Shown: positions 49,707-58,989 of the stretch, piece by piece
Layout: each line of letters opens with the position of its first letter
Position numbering within the stretch: position 1 is the stretch's first letter
Assembly (NCBI GenBank): GCA_963932905.1
Contig: CAWVRN010000024.1
Coordinates: forward strand, 1 to 64,000
Source of the DNA: an uncultured Bdellovibrio sp.
Lineage (GTDB): Bacteria > Bdellovibrionota > Bdellovibrionia > Bdellovibrionales > Bdellovibrionaceae
DNA length: 64,000 nt
Reading direction: 5' to 3'
The notes under the pieces: generated by a model
The model's database searches: none
What the model was told of the DNA's origin: nothing
Seen by the model: the letters and a program-made list of their open reading frames with translations, nothing else
Program-made: the position numbers and the translations under genes

Positions 49707-51239
49707 CTATGCGGCTTTCTTCTCTGAGTGTTTAATAGTTCGCTGTGAAGGCTCGTTATTTTCATTCGCATTCAATGCGTCTTTTTTTCCATCAACAATA
49801 TAAGTTAAATCTCGAGTTAAGATCACTGTCGTATCGACTAATTTTTTAAGGTCTTCTGTCGCCGTCGAAATTTCTTCAGCCGTCGAAGCGTTCACTTGGC
49901 CGGCTTGATCCAATTGAGTCATTGCCGTGTTGATCTGTTCAATACCAGCGGCCTGTTCATTACTTGCTGTGGCGATCTCGTTATTCAAATCAGACACTTT
50001 TTTGATCGAGTTAACGATATTAGTTAATGTGCCACCACTTTTGTCGGCGATGCTGCTGCCTTTATCGATTTGTTCTACCGAATCTTTGATAAGGCTAGAG
50101 ATATCTTTTGCTGACGTTGAGCTACGTTGTGCTAACGTACGAACGGCTTCTGCTACAACCGCAAACCCTTTGCCTTGTTCGCCTGCACGAGCCGCTTCTA
50201 CAGCGGCGTTTAAGGCTAAAAGATTGGTTTGGAAGGCGATATCATCAATAACGGAGGTGATTTCTTCGATCTTTTTAGATGAATTTGAGATCGCTGTCAT
50301 TGAAGTTATTAGGTTTTGAATTTCGACCGCGCCATTTTCAGCCGCTAAACGAGATGAGTTAGCCAGGTCTGCTGCCATTTTTGCATTGTTTGAACCCAAA
50401 CGAACCATCGACGTGATTTCTTCTAATGAAGCTACTGTTTCTTCTAGCGATGCGGCGGATTCAGTAGAGGACGAAGACAGTGATTCACCTGCTGTTTTTA
50501 ATTGAACGATGGCTGAACTAACTTCCATGCTCGATTTGCTTAAATGAGCCGAGATACCTAATACTGACGACGAAATTTTTGAAGCTATCCAGAAGATCGC
50601 TGTGCACATTAATAACGCGGATAAGGTAATTGTGATAACTAGGTATTTGAAAATTGAACTTACGGTTTCTTTTGCTTGAGCACTTTCATCAAGGGCTTTA
50701 ACTTCATAAAGCGTGTAAACCGCTTCGTTAAATTCAGCAATGACTTTCGCTCTAAGTTCTTTTAATGGGCCATCTAAAATAGCACGTGATTTCTTTGCTT
50801 TTTCGACATCACCGGATTTGGCAAGAACAATACATTCTTCCATTAATTCGATAGACTTTTTAATATTTTCCTTCGAAGCACTATGGATTTCAGCTTCGCC
50901 AGCAATAAATGGATTTTTTTGATAATCACTATAGGCGACCTTAAATGATTTTATATAGCCCTCAGCTTCAGTTACGGCTTTCAAATTTACAGATTCTGGG
51001 CGATCGAGGGCCTCGTCCATACTAATTCTGAAACCTAATCGTGACATTTTCATTTCTGCAAGGACTTGTTCGTTAGGAATGATTGTTTGATGAGCCGTAT
51101 TCAGCATTCCTTCCAACTTTTTCACACTTGCCATCGTAACAATGAACGTAATTGTAAATCCAATTAAGGGAAACATCGCTGCGAACAGCAGTCTTCCTTT
51201 TATGCCTCGAAACCAGCTTGAAAATTCGAACGACTTCAT
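49707..51239 (-). CDS. Methyl-accepting chemotaxis protein
   Basis: Two TM helices flanking a helical sensor domain; [30 protein letters not shown]. Confidence 0.95.
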   Translation of the reverse strand: MKSFEFSSWFRGIKGRLLFAAMFPLIGFTITFIVTMASVKKLEGMLNTAHQTIIPNEQVLAEMKMSRLGFRISMDEALDRPESVNLKAVTEAEGYIKSFKVAYSDYQKNPFIAGEAEIHSASKENIKKSIELMEECIVLAKSGDVEKAKKSRAILDGPLKELRAKVIAEFNEAVYTLYEVKALDESAQAKETVSSIFKYLVITITLSALLMCTAIFWIASKISSSVLGISAHLSKSSMEVSSAIVQLKTAGESLSSSSTESAASLEETVASLEEITSMVRLGSNNAKMAADLANSSRLAAENGAVEIQNLITSMTAISNSSKKIEEITSVIDDIAFQTNLLALNAAVEAARAGEQGKGFAVVAEAVRTLAQRSSTSAKDISSLIKDSVEQIDKGSSIADKSGGTLTNIVNSIKKVSDLNNEIATASNEQAAGIEQINTAMTQLDQAGQVNASTAEEISTATEDLKKLVDTTVILTRDLTYIVDGKKDALNANENNEPSQRTIKHSEKKAA

Positions 51240-51277
51240 AAAACTCCCGTAAATAATACAAATGCTTAATGAACTCT

Positions 51278-51304
51278 CTGTCGGATTTTTATTAGAAATA
51301 GTAA
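51278..51304 (-). promoter_or_regulatory. Putative sigma28 promoter of the MCP
   Basis: Minus strand TTAC-N15-TCCGACAG; MCP genes are typical FliA targets. Confidence 0.45.
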
Positions 51305-51422
51305 GGGGGAGTTGAAAATAATGTTTAAGAAACTGTCGATATTTTTTACAGTACCTGGTATTGAAATTGATTCGCGTGCAAATTCAATCATTTATCCGTT
51401 AAAAAAAAGTTAAAAATAGGCC

Positions 51423-51449
51423 TAAATTCCCTAAATGATTCACCGATAG
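51423..51449 (+). promoter_or_regulatory. Putative sigma28 promoter
   Basis: TAAA-N15-ACCGATAG. Confidence 0.7.
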
Positions 51450-51499
51450 AGTAAGGGTCGATAAAATTTGTATCATTGAGATGCATGAAGGGGAGGATT

Positions 51500-51940
51500 A
51501 TGTCTAAGACATACTTGATTCTAGTAAGCGATAATACTGAGACAGTAGAAACAGCAAAAAAATATTGGGAAACTCACGATGTTGAGTTCCAGGTGTACAC
51601 TCCAGAACAATGGCGGTCTAGTTTGGAGAACCCAAGCTTTCGTCAACAACTAGGTGCTAACCTTCCTACATTAAGTGCAGGTATGGGCAGTCTAACTCCT
51701 AGCTATAATTCAGCAAGCAACGTTCTTCCATTCCCTACTCCTTCTGTGGACTCTAAAGTTCAAAAAATGGATGATATTGAAGCTAAAGCGATTGAAAATG
51801 CAATCAGCCAGTACAAGGGTAACTTAACTGAAGCTGCTAAAGCACTAGGTATTGGTCGTGCAACTCTGTATAGAAAAGTAAAACAATACCAAATTGACCC
51901 TTCCCAAGCTCGCAAGAAAAAAGTGGCTCAAGCTGCTTAG
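51500..51940 (+). CDS. Small Fis-type HTH protein (no AAA+ domain)
   Basis: C-terminal E..AI..A....GNLTEAAKALGIGRATLYRKVKQY; GGGAGG RBS before ATG 51500. Confidence 0.85.
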   Translation: MSKTYLILVSDNTETVETAKKYWETHDVEFQVYTPEQWRSSLENPSFRQQLGANLPTLSAGMGSLTPSYNSASNVLPFPTPSVDSKVQKMDDIEAKAIENAISQYKGNLTEAAKALGIGRATLYRKVKQYQIDPSQARKKKVAQAA

Positions 51941-51947
51941 ACTTTCT

Positions 51948-51979
51948 TCAGGGGGCCTAACAAGCCCCTGATTTATTTC
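51948..51979 (+). terminator. Putative terminator
   Basis: TCAGGGG..CCCCTGA hairpin followed by TTTATTT. Confidence 0.5.
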
Positions 51980-51983
51980 AGCC

Positions 51984-53222
51984 ATGCCCACACAATTAAT
52001 TTTAAAATCCATCATTTCAATTGGGCTGATTCTATTAATATTTTATCCTATCGTGGATAAGTACAATCATATAGATAACCATATCTATCAAACCTGCCAT
52101 TTTGTTTACAATCGAATTATTCCTGTTAGCAAGAATATGGATGATTGGTTGCGTGAATGTCGTCTTCAATCGCGCAAAATCATGTCAAAAACGGGTGACC
52201 ATAAAAAACTATTGTCTGCTGGAAATCAAATCCTGTCGGAACTGCAAGTGTCCCATCTGGAATTATTTAGCCAAGAAGAAAGTGACGCTATTTGGACTGA
52301 CACTGATTTTGAAAATGGAATTGAATCGCAGTTCATTGATGGTCAACTGATCGTTACACGCGTTTTACCTGGCAGTGAAGCTCTTAAAAAGGGTGTCCTG
52401 AAAGGCGATCGCGTCGTTTTAGAGAAAGATGAAAGTTTAAGTCCCAATGAATTTAATCGTTGGAAGGGGAAACTTAAACTTGAACGTCGCAAGCAAAGTT
52501 TAGAAATAGAACTAGAGCCCAAAAAATTAGTTACGAATCGTGATATGACAGTGGCGGATGTGGATGGTGTTAAAATACTTTCTGTCGAATCGTTTAAAAG
52601 TCAGTATTTCAAGCAAGAGAAATTAGACGGATTGGCTTTAAAGATTAAGCCGAATGATAAAGTTATTGTGGATCTTCGAGGAAACAACGGCGGAAACTTT
52701 GTGGCGGGCCTGCGTTTTTTAAGTTCATTTATTTGTGAGCCGACGGTTGTTGGCTTTATAAAGAAAAATAGAAATAATGGGCGTGTTGGATATTTCGATA
52801 ATAATATGGACGATGAGTATCAAATTCAAAAGTTAAATGATTTTGATTCTGTGGCTTTGCGAACATTCCCGTCTAGCCAGTGCCTGCCGAAACCGATGGC
52901 TGTTCTTATTGACGCCAATTCGAAATCAACCGCCGAATGGGTCGCGTTGGCTTTTAGGGACAAGCTGCAAACTTCAATTCAAGGTTCGACATCAGCCGGA
53001 GAATTACTGGTAGGGATTTGGTATGACATTTCTCATATTTGGGAACGTGTTGTAAAATTGTCGATCCCGGAGGCCTATTATGAATCAATGCATGGGTTTA
53101 AAATCGAAGGGCACGGAGTCGCTGTTGATGTCACACTCTATCCTCGTCGAGTGGATTTTGAGTTAGGTCACGATTCCGAAGTCTGGCAAGTGGTGCAGAC
53201 AATTAATAAATTATCTAAATAA
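51984..53222 (+). CDS. S41 family peptidase with PDZ-like domain
   Basis: N-terminal TM; VSHL; VTRVLPGSEA..GV..GD; IVDLRGNNGG; SKSTAE; IEGHGV. Confidence 0.85.
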   Translation: MPTQLILKSIISIGLILLIFYPIVDKYNHIDNHIYQTCHFVYNRIIPVSKNMDDWLRECRLQSRKIMSKTGDHKKLLSAGNQILSELQVSHLELFSQEESDAIWTDTDFENGIESQFIDGQLIVTRVLPGSEALKKGVLKGDRVVLEKDESLSPNEFNRWKGKLKLERRKQSLEIELEPKKLVTNRDMTVADVDGVKILSVESFKSQYFKQEKLDGLALKIKPNDKVIVDLRGNNGGNFVAGLRFLSSFICEPTVVGFIKKNRNNGRVGYFDNNMDDEYQIQKLNDFDSVALRTFPSSQCLPKPMAVLIDANSKSTAEWVALAFRDKLQTSIQGSTSAGELLVGIWYDISHIWERVVKLSIPEAYYESMHGFKIEGHGVAVDVTLYPRRVDFELGHDSEVWQVVQTINKLSK

Positions 53223-53288
53223 AATGGGCAGTAGTGTTCCCGCTTGGTTAACTTGACCATTTAAAATCGAAAGTGAATACTATTTCTG

Positions 53289-54680
53289 ATGATGAAAACA
53301 GTCCTATTTAATTTAATCTTTGTGGCGTCATTCGTTTTGGCGAAAGAAATTGTAAACGATGTCACCCAACTGAATCCGATCGAAGTTGAAACTGTATTTC
53401 AGCCAACAACGATTGAACAAATACAAGAATTTCTAAAGAAAAAAACAGGCAAAATTGCAATCGGTGGCGGTCGATATAGTATGGGTGGCCAAACGGCTTT
53501 GGCTGGAGCTAGCCAGATTGATATGCGTAAGATGAACAAAGTCGTGCTGCTTGATGTGAAAAATAAATTAGTCACTGTCGAAGCTGGTGTTCGCTGGCGA
53601 CAACTTCAGGAAGCCATTGATCCTCATGATCTGTCGATTAAGATTATGCAAACTTATTCTAATTTTACGGTGGGCGGATCGTTGAGCGTTAACGTTCACG
53701 GCCGTTATATCGGTCAAGGTCCAATCATACGGTCGGTAGAAAGTATTAAACTGGTGATGGCGGATGGTCATATTGAAGAGGCATCTCCGGGGAAAAATTC
53801 TGAACTATTTTATGGTGCGATCGGTGGATATGGCGGTATAGGAATTATTGTTGAGGCGACGTTGCAGTTGACCGAAAATACTAAAGTCGAGCGAACGACT
53901 AAATCAATTACTTTGGATCAGTACCCTGACTACTTTTTTAAATCTGTTCGCGATAATTCTGAAGCCGTTTTTCATAACGGTGATTTGTACCCTCCAGAGT
54001 TTAAAGATGTGATAGCCGTCACGTGGATTAAAACCGACAAAAAACTCACGTCGGCGGAGCGACTCATTCCTAAAGATCAAACATATTCTTTCCAACCGTT
54101 TGCAATCAAAATGATTTCGTCCAGCAAAGTGGCCAAAGAAATTCGTCGGTCGATTATAGACCCCTTAAGTTACACAAAATCAGTGGTGGTGTGGCGCAAT
54201 CACGAAGCCAGTTACGATGTGGCGGAACTTGAACCTAAAAGTCGGTCGCAGACAACCTATGTTCTGCAAGAGTATTTTGTTCCAGTAAAAAATCTAAAGG
54301 ATTTTGTAAAATCTGTTCGACCAATTTTGAAAAAAACGGCTTTCAATGTCGTCAATGTATCGATACGCCATGCTTTACCAGATACCGGTTCACTGTTGGC
54401 ATGGGCGCCTCAGGAAGTATTTTCGCTTGTGATATATTACAAGCAAAAGACGGATAAAAAGACTCAGAAAGCTATTGCAAAGATCACTCAAGACCTGATT
54501 TCAGAGGCGATTAAGGTCGGTGGTAGCTATTATTTACCTTATCAGATCCATGCGACCGAGGAACAATTTAGCCAGGCTTACCCACGTTCTAAAGAGTTTT
54601 TTGCACTTAAAAGTAAGTGGGACCCCGCTAATCGCTTAACAAACTCGCTTTGGGATCGTTACTACAAGCCTAAACCATAA
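53289..54680 (+). CDS. Secreted FAD-binding (PCMH-type) oxidoreductase
   Basis: GGRYSMGGQ, TVGGSLSVNVHGR, GGYGGIGII, C-terminal K..WDP. Confidence 0.88.
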   Translation: MMKTVLFNLIFVASFVLAKEIVNDVTQLNPIEVETVFQPTTIEQIQEFLKKKTGKIAIGGGRYSMGGQTALAGASQIDMRKMNKVVLLDVKNKLVTVEAGVRWRQLQEAIDPHDLSIKIMQTYSNFTVGGSLSVNVHGRYIGQGPIIRSVESIKLVMADGHIEEASPGKNSELFYGAIGGYGGIGIIVEATLQLTENTKVERTTKSITLDQYPDYFFKSVRDNSEAVFHNGDLYPPEFKDVIAVTWIKTDKKLTSAERLIPKDQTYSFQPFAIKMISSSKVAKEIRRSIIDPLSYTKSVVVWRNHEASYDVAELEPKSRSQTTYVLQEYFVPVKNLKDFVKSVRPILKKTAFNVVNVSIRHALPDTGSLLAWAPQEVFSLVIYYKQKTDKKTQKAIAKITQDLISEAIKVGGSYYLPYQIHATEEQFSQAYPRSKEFFALKSKWDPANRLTNSLWDRYYKPKP

Positions 54681-54798
54681 AACCGCGTTTGTCGGCTGTC
54701 AGAATTACAGGCACGGATCCGTTTCCCTATCGAAACGTTGTCATTTTTACGTTTTCAAAGTAAATTAGGCCCATTCAAATCTTGGGAGTCTTTTTTGT

Positions 54799-56397
54799 AT
54801 GATTAGCACAAACAATGTCAGTTTAAGCTTTGGTGGTAGAAAACTTTTTGATGATGTGAACGTTAAATTCACGCCAGGTAATTGCTACGGTCTGATTGGT
54901 GCCAATGGTGCTGGTAAATCGACATTTTTTAAAATCCTTTCAAAAGAACTTGAGCCTAACACGGGTGAAGTGATCATTCCGTCTGACAAACGATTGTCCG
55001 CGTTGAAACAAGATCATTACGCTTACGATCAGTACACGGTTATGCAAACAGTATTGATGGGTAATGATAAGCTTTATAAAATCATGCAAGAAAAAGATGC
55101 GTTATACGCAAAGCCTGATTTTTCAGAACAAGATGGACTGCGTGCTTCTGATCTAGAAACACTATTTGGCGAATTGAATGGTTGGGAAGCAGAATCAGAC
55201 GCGGGCAAAATGTTAGCTGATTTAGGTATTCCAGAAAGTGACCAGCAAAAACTAATGAGTGAAATGACGGGCGGAGAGAAAGTAAAAGTTCTTTTGGCAC
55301 AAGCGTTGTTCGGAAAACCAGATATTTTATTACTGGATGAGCCGACGAATCACTTGGATATTTACGCAATCAAATGGCTAGAAGAATTTCTTCTGAATTT
55401 TGAAAATACAGTGATCGTTATTTCCCATGATCGTTATTTCTTAAACAAGGTATGCACTCATATGGCCGATATCGATTTCTCTAAAATCACGACCTTCACT
55501 GGGAACTATGATTTTTGGCGTCAGGCGAGTGAGTTAAATCAAAGATTGCTATCTGATCAAAATAAAAAGAGTGCGGATAAAGCCGAAGAATTAAAAAGTT
55601 TCATCGCGCGTTTCAGTGCGAACGCTTCCAAGTCTCGTCAAGCGTCGTCTCGTCAAAAACAATTAGAAAAACTAACGTTCAATGATATGCCGGCGTCATC
55701 ACGTCGTCAGCCATTCGTCGGTTTTGACATTAAACGTGAAATCGGTAATGACGTTTTAACAGTTGAAAAACTGTCTAAGACTATCAACGGCGAAGTGATC
55801 CTAAAAGACATCAGTTTCAGTGTGCGTAAAGGTGATAAGATTGCTCTCATGGGCCGCAATGATTTAGCGAAAACAGTTTTAATGGATATCTTAGCTGGTG
55901 AAATGGCTGCCGATTCAGGAACGTTTGCCTGGGGTATCACAACGTCATTAAGCTATTTCCCAACTGATAATTCAAAGTACTTCTCTGGCGATGAAAATAC
56001 GTTGGTAGAATGGCTGCGACAGTATTCTCATGATAAAGATGAATCATTTTTACGCGGCTTTTTAGGTAAAATGCTATTCAGCGGCAACGATGCGATGAAA
56101 AAACCAACAGTATTGTCGGGTGGTGAGCGTGTTCGTTGTATGTTCTCGAAAATGATGTTGTCTGGTGCGAATGTTTTACTACTAGATGGTCCGACGGCGC
56201 ATTTAGATTTAGAAAGTATATCCGCGGTGAATGAAGGCGTTAAGCGATACAAGGGTAACGTTATCTTTACATCGCATGACCATGAGTTCATCCAAACGGT
56301 AGCTAATCGAATTATCGAAATCGATGCCTCTGGTATCGTGTATGACAATCACGTGACTTATGAAGAGTACGTCGAGCAAAGACGAGCTCGCCATTAG
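54799..56397 (+). CDS. ABC-F family ATPase, YbiT-like
   Basis: YGLIGANGAGKST, DEPTNHLD, RFSANASKSRQASSR linker, second ABC domain, no TM. Confidence 0.9.
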   Translation: MISTNNVSLSFGGRKLFDDVNVKFTPGNCYGLIGANGAGKSTFFKILSKELEPNTGEVIIPSDKRLSALKQDHYAYDQYTVMQTVLMGNDKLYKIMQEKDALYAKPDFSEQDGLRASDLETLFGELNGWEAESDAGKMLADLGIPESDQQKLMSEMTGGEKVKVLLAQALFGKPDILLLDEPTNHLDIYAIKWLEEFLLNFENTVIVISHDRYFLNKVCTHMADIDFSKITTFTGNYDFWRQASELNQRLLSDQNKKSADKAEELKSFIARFSANASKSRQASSRQKQLEKLTFNDMPASSRRQPFVGFDIKREIGNDVLTVEKLSKTINGEVILKDISFSVRKGDKIALMGRNDLAKTVLMDILAGEMAADSGTFAWGITTSLSYFPTDNSKYFSGDENTLVEWLRQYSHDKDESFLRGFLGKMLFSGNDAMKKPTVLSGGERVRCMFSKMMLSGANVLLLDGPTAHLDLESISAVNEGVKRYKGNVIFTSHDHEFIQTVANRIIEIDASGIVYDNHVTYEEYVEQRRARH

Positions 56398-57981
56398 ATG
56401 GATTTTCTTAGGCTCAACGATGACCTCATTTCAGTACTATTTGAAGATGACGACATCATTGCTATTGATAAGCCCTACGGCTTTAATGCACATACCAATG
56501 ATGCTAAAGCCGATCACGGGGTAGCCATACAAGATGGGTTAATTGAAATATTTGAAAAAAATCGCGGTTCTAGTTTGCATATCATTCATCGTCTGGATCA
56601 AACGACAACAGGTGTGATGATTTTTGGTAAGTCGGTTGAATCTGCAAAGAAGTATGCGGATTATTTTTTGCATCGTCAGGTAAAGAAAACATACTGGTTT
56701 GTAACGGATAGAAAATCTAACAAGCAGAAGTTTGTTATCGATCAGGCCATTGTACATAAAGCAAAAGAGCTTGAAGCTAAAACAGAATTGAATTTTTTGA
56801 AATCAGCCCATGGATTTGAACTTTGGCAGGCCAACCCATATACTGGGCGAAACCATCAAATCCGTATTCATGCCGAAGCCGCCGGATTGTCTCTGTTGGG
56901 TGATGAAAAATATGGCGGTTCACGATTTTCGTTTCTGACTTTGCATAATCATAAAATACAGTTCCCGAATGGGATTCAGATAGAATCGAAGCCGCCCGTG
57001 TATTTTGAAAAACTGGAAATTTTAAAAGATCCTGTTTTAACGACGTTTTATTTCGAAGCGGATCGTCGCCAACGTCTTTTTAAAAATGCCGATGAGTCGT
57101 GCTACCGCATAGTAAATCATTTGAACGGGGCCAAAGAGCCTGGTTTTTCGTTGGATAAATTTGGACGTGTACTAATTTTAAATTGGTATAAAGAGGCGTG
57201 GTTACCTTCAGACGAAGCAACGTGGAGTCAAGTTTCTAAAGAATTAAGAATGCCGATTTGGGTACATGGTAAAGATCTAAAGAAATATTTAGGCCTAGAC
57301 CGCAATGACCATTGGTCCGTAAAAGACAACTCGATTTCATATGAAATTCGATCGGAAATCCCGGCCGCGCCGGGTTTGTATCTAAATCAGCGATTGCAGC
57401 GTAAATGGCTAAGAGACAATGCGAATGGTAAATCAGTTCTAAACTTGTTTGCTAATTCCGGCTCTTATGCGGTAGCGGCAGCTATTGGACAGGCGAGTGA
57501 AGTCACTTTAGTTGAAGGTAGTAAGAACTATCTTGCGTGGTCTAAGCGCAATTTTGAACTTAACGGTATAGATCAAACGAAATATAAGTTTTTGAATCGT
57601 GATAGCCTAACTTTTTTAGAAAGTAGTCTTAGTAAAAATCTACGTTTTGACATTGTCATTTGTGATACTCCGACATTTTTTAGGCGAGAAAAGGGAATTT
57701 TTAAAATCGATAAAGATTTTGAAAAATTACTTACCGATTGTGTTCGTTTGGTAGCTGATGGTGGGACGTTGTTGATATCAACTCAGTTTGATGGATTTTT
57801 CGTAGATGACTTGCGTAGAAAAATCGAAAAAGTGCAGAAAAACCTGGCTATCAAAAATCTAAAAATTAATTTAGTTCTGCCGTCTCTTGATTTCGAGTTA
57901 CCAGGTCAAAAGGCAAATTTAAAATCATTTCTAATTCAAAAAGGCCGGCAAACCGCAGATGGTAGCGCCGGACACGACTAG
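56398..57981 (+). CDS. RluA-family pseudouridine synthase fused to an RlmI/RlmK-type SAM methyltransferase
   Basis: IDKPYG, IHRLDQTTTG, TGRNHQIRIH, GDEKYG; then GLYLNQR, VLNLFANSGSY, FDIVICDTPTF. Confidence 0.85.
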   Translation: MDFLRLNDDLISVLFEDDDIIAIDKPYGFNAHTNDAKADHGVAIQDGLIEIFEKNRGSSLHIIHRLDQTTTGVMIFGKSVESAKKYADYFLHRQVKKTYWFVTDRKSNKQKFVIDQAIVHKAKELEAKTELNFLKSAHGFELWQANPYTGRNHQIRIHAEAAGLSLLGDEKYGGSRFSFLTLHNHKIQFPNGIQIESKPPVYFEKLEILKDPVLTTFYFEADRRQRLFKNADESCYRIVNHLNGAKEPGFSLDKFGRVLILNWYKEAWLPSDEATWSQVSKELRMPIWVHGKDLKKYLGLDRNDHWSVKDNSISYEIRSEIPAAPGLYLNQRLQRKWLRDNANGKSVLNLFANSGSYAVAAAIGQASEVTLVEGSKNYLAWSKRNFELNGIDQTKYKFLNRDSLTFLESSLSKNLRFDIVICDTPTFFRREKGIFKIDKDFEKLLTDCVRLVADGGTLLISTQFDGFFVDDLRRKIEKVQKNLAIKNLKINLVLPSLDFELPGQKANLKSFLIQKGRQTADGSAGHD

Positions 57982-58135
57982 CCAGTTAATCATCCAAATT
58001 GATACAAGATATAAAACTTTATAGGTTTTCGTGTGTCTCACGCTATGTCTCATTATGGTATGTCATATGATACAGGTCAGTTGACTAATAGTAAGATAGT
58101 TTTGCGCTTTCTAAACGAACGTAGTTAACCCTGGG

Positions 58136-58151
58136 TGGCATTTGTTTCGCT
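58136..58151 (+). promoter_or_regulatory. Putative sigma54 promoter
   Basis: TGGCATTTGTTTCGCT, GG-N10-GC spacing. Confidence 0.5.
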
Positions 58152-58301
58152 AGGTATCATGGAAACAGCTAATGGAAGCGGCATTGTGACGCGGCGAAAG
58201 TCTGAGTTTTATTTTTTTTAAAATAAGACGAGAAAGTACCTGCACGAAAATGCTAAGATTTAAGATGAAATCTTAATGATGTATTAAGAGGAGAGGGTTA
58301 A

Positions 58302-58907
58302 ATGAGCAAGCAAGGCAAAGACAGCAATATTCTAGAGTTTCCTTCAAATCGAATGATTCGTCAGAAGTCTATGCAACGTTCGCAAGAGAAAAAAGCTGTT
58401 CTTGGTTTATCAGTGCTTGGCCTCTTTATTTTTACTGTAGCAGCTAATCAATGGATTGCAGATTTTAATAAATTTGGTGCTGGTTCCAGAAATGTGGCGT
58501 CCATCCAGTTGGACAATAAACAAGCTATTTTAAAAGAACATTTACTAGCCAAAGAAATTGCGACCCAAGAAAATATCGTCGGATTTAAATCACAAGAGCC
58601 ATCTTTAAAAGATGAAATGATTTTCTCTTCATTAGAAGGTAAATACCGAGTTAAATCTGATCAGCAGCGTGTTTTAGCTGTTCAATCAGACGATGATTCT
58701 GAATCGCGCATTGAGATGGCCGATGGCGAACGATTCGTCAAAAAGTACATTTCACTATTCAATGAAAAAGCTGTTCACTTTAAATTAACTAATCGTTCAG
58801 AAGCAACTGAAGTGTATGAATTGCTAGATCAAAAAGGCGTTGTTATCGATCGCTTACAACTAGACAAAGATTCGGCTGGAAAATTAACCCAGCTTAAAGT
58901 CCTATAA
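58302..58907 (+). CDS. Hypothetical single-pass membrane protein
   Basis: GAGGAG RBS; TM helix around aa 33-50; downstream terminator. Confidence 0.75.
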   Translation: MSKQGKDSNILEFPSNRMIRQKSMQRSQEKKAVLGLSVLGLFIFTVAANQWIADFNKFGAGSRNVASIQLDNKQAILKEHLLAKEIATQENIVGFKSQEPSLKDEMIFSSLEGKYRVKSDQQRVLAVQSDDDSESRIEMADGERFVKKYISLFNEKAVHFKLTNRSEATEVYELLDQKGVVIDRLQLDKDSAGKLTQLKVL

Positions 58908-58914
58908 TTTTAAT

Positions 58915-58945
58915 CCCTCTCGTATCTGAGAGGGTATTTTTTTTT
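58915..58945 (+). terminator. Intrinsic terminator
   Basis: CCCTCTC-N6-GAGAGGG followed by TATTTTTTTTT. Confidence 0.8.
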
Positions 58946-58989
58946 AAATCTAGTCTCTTAGAAACTGATCACTTTGTCGACAAAGTGAT

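Noticed and set aside
58159..58221. 20-codon ORF METANGSG... upstream of 58302
   Set aside because: Starts at or before the predicted sigma54 TSS, has a weak RBS and is too short to support
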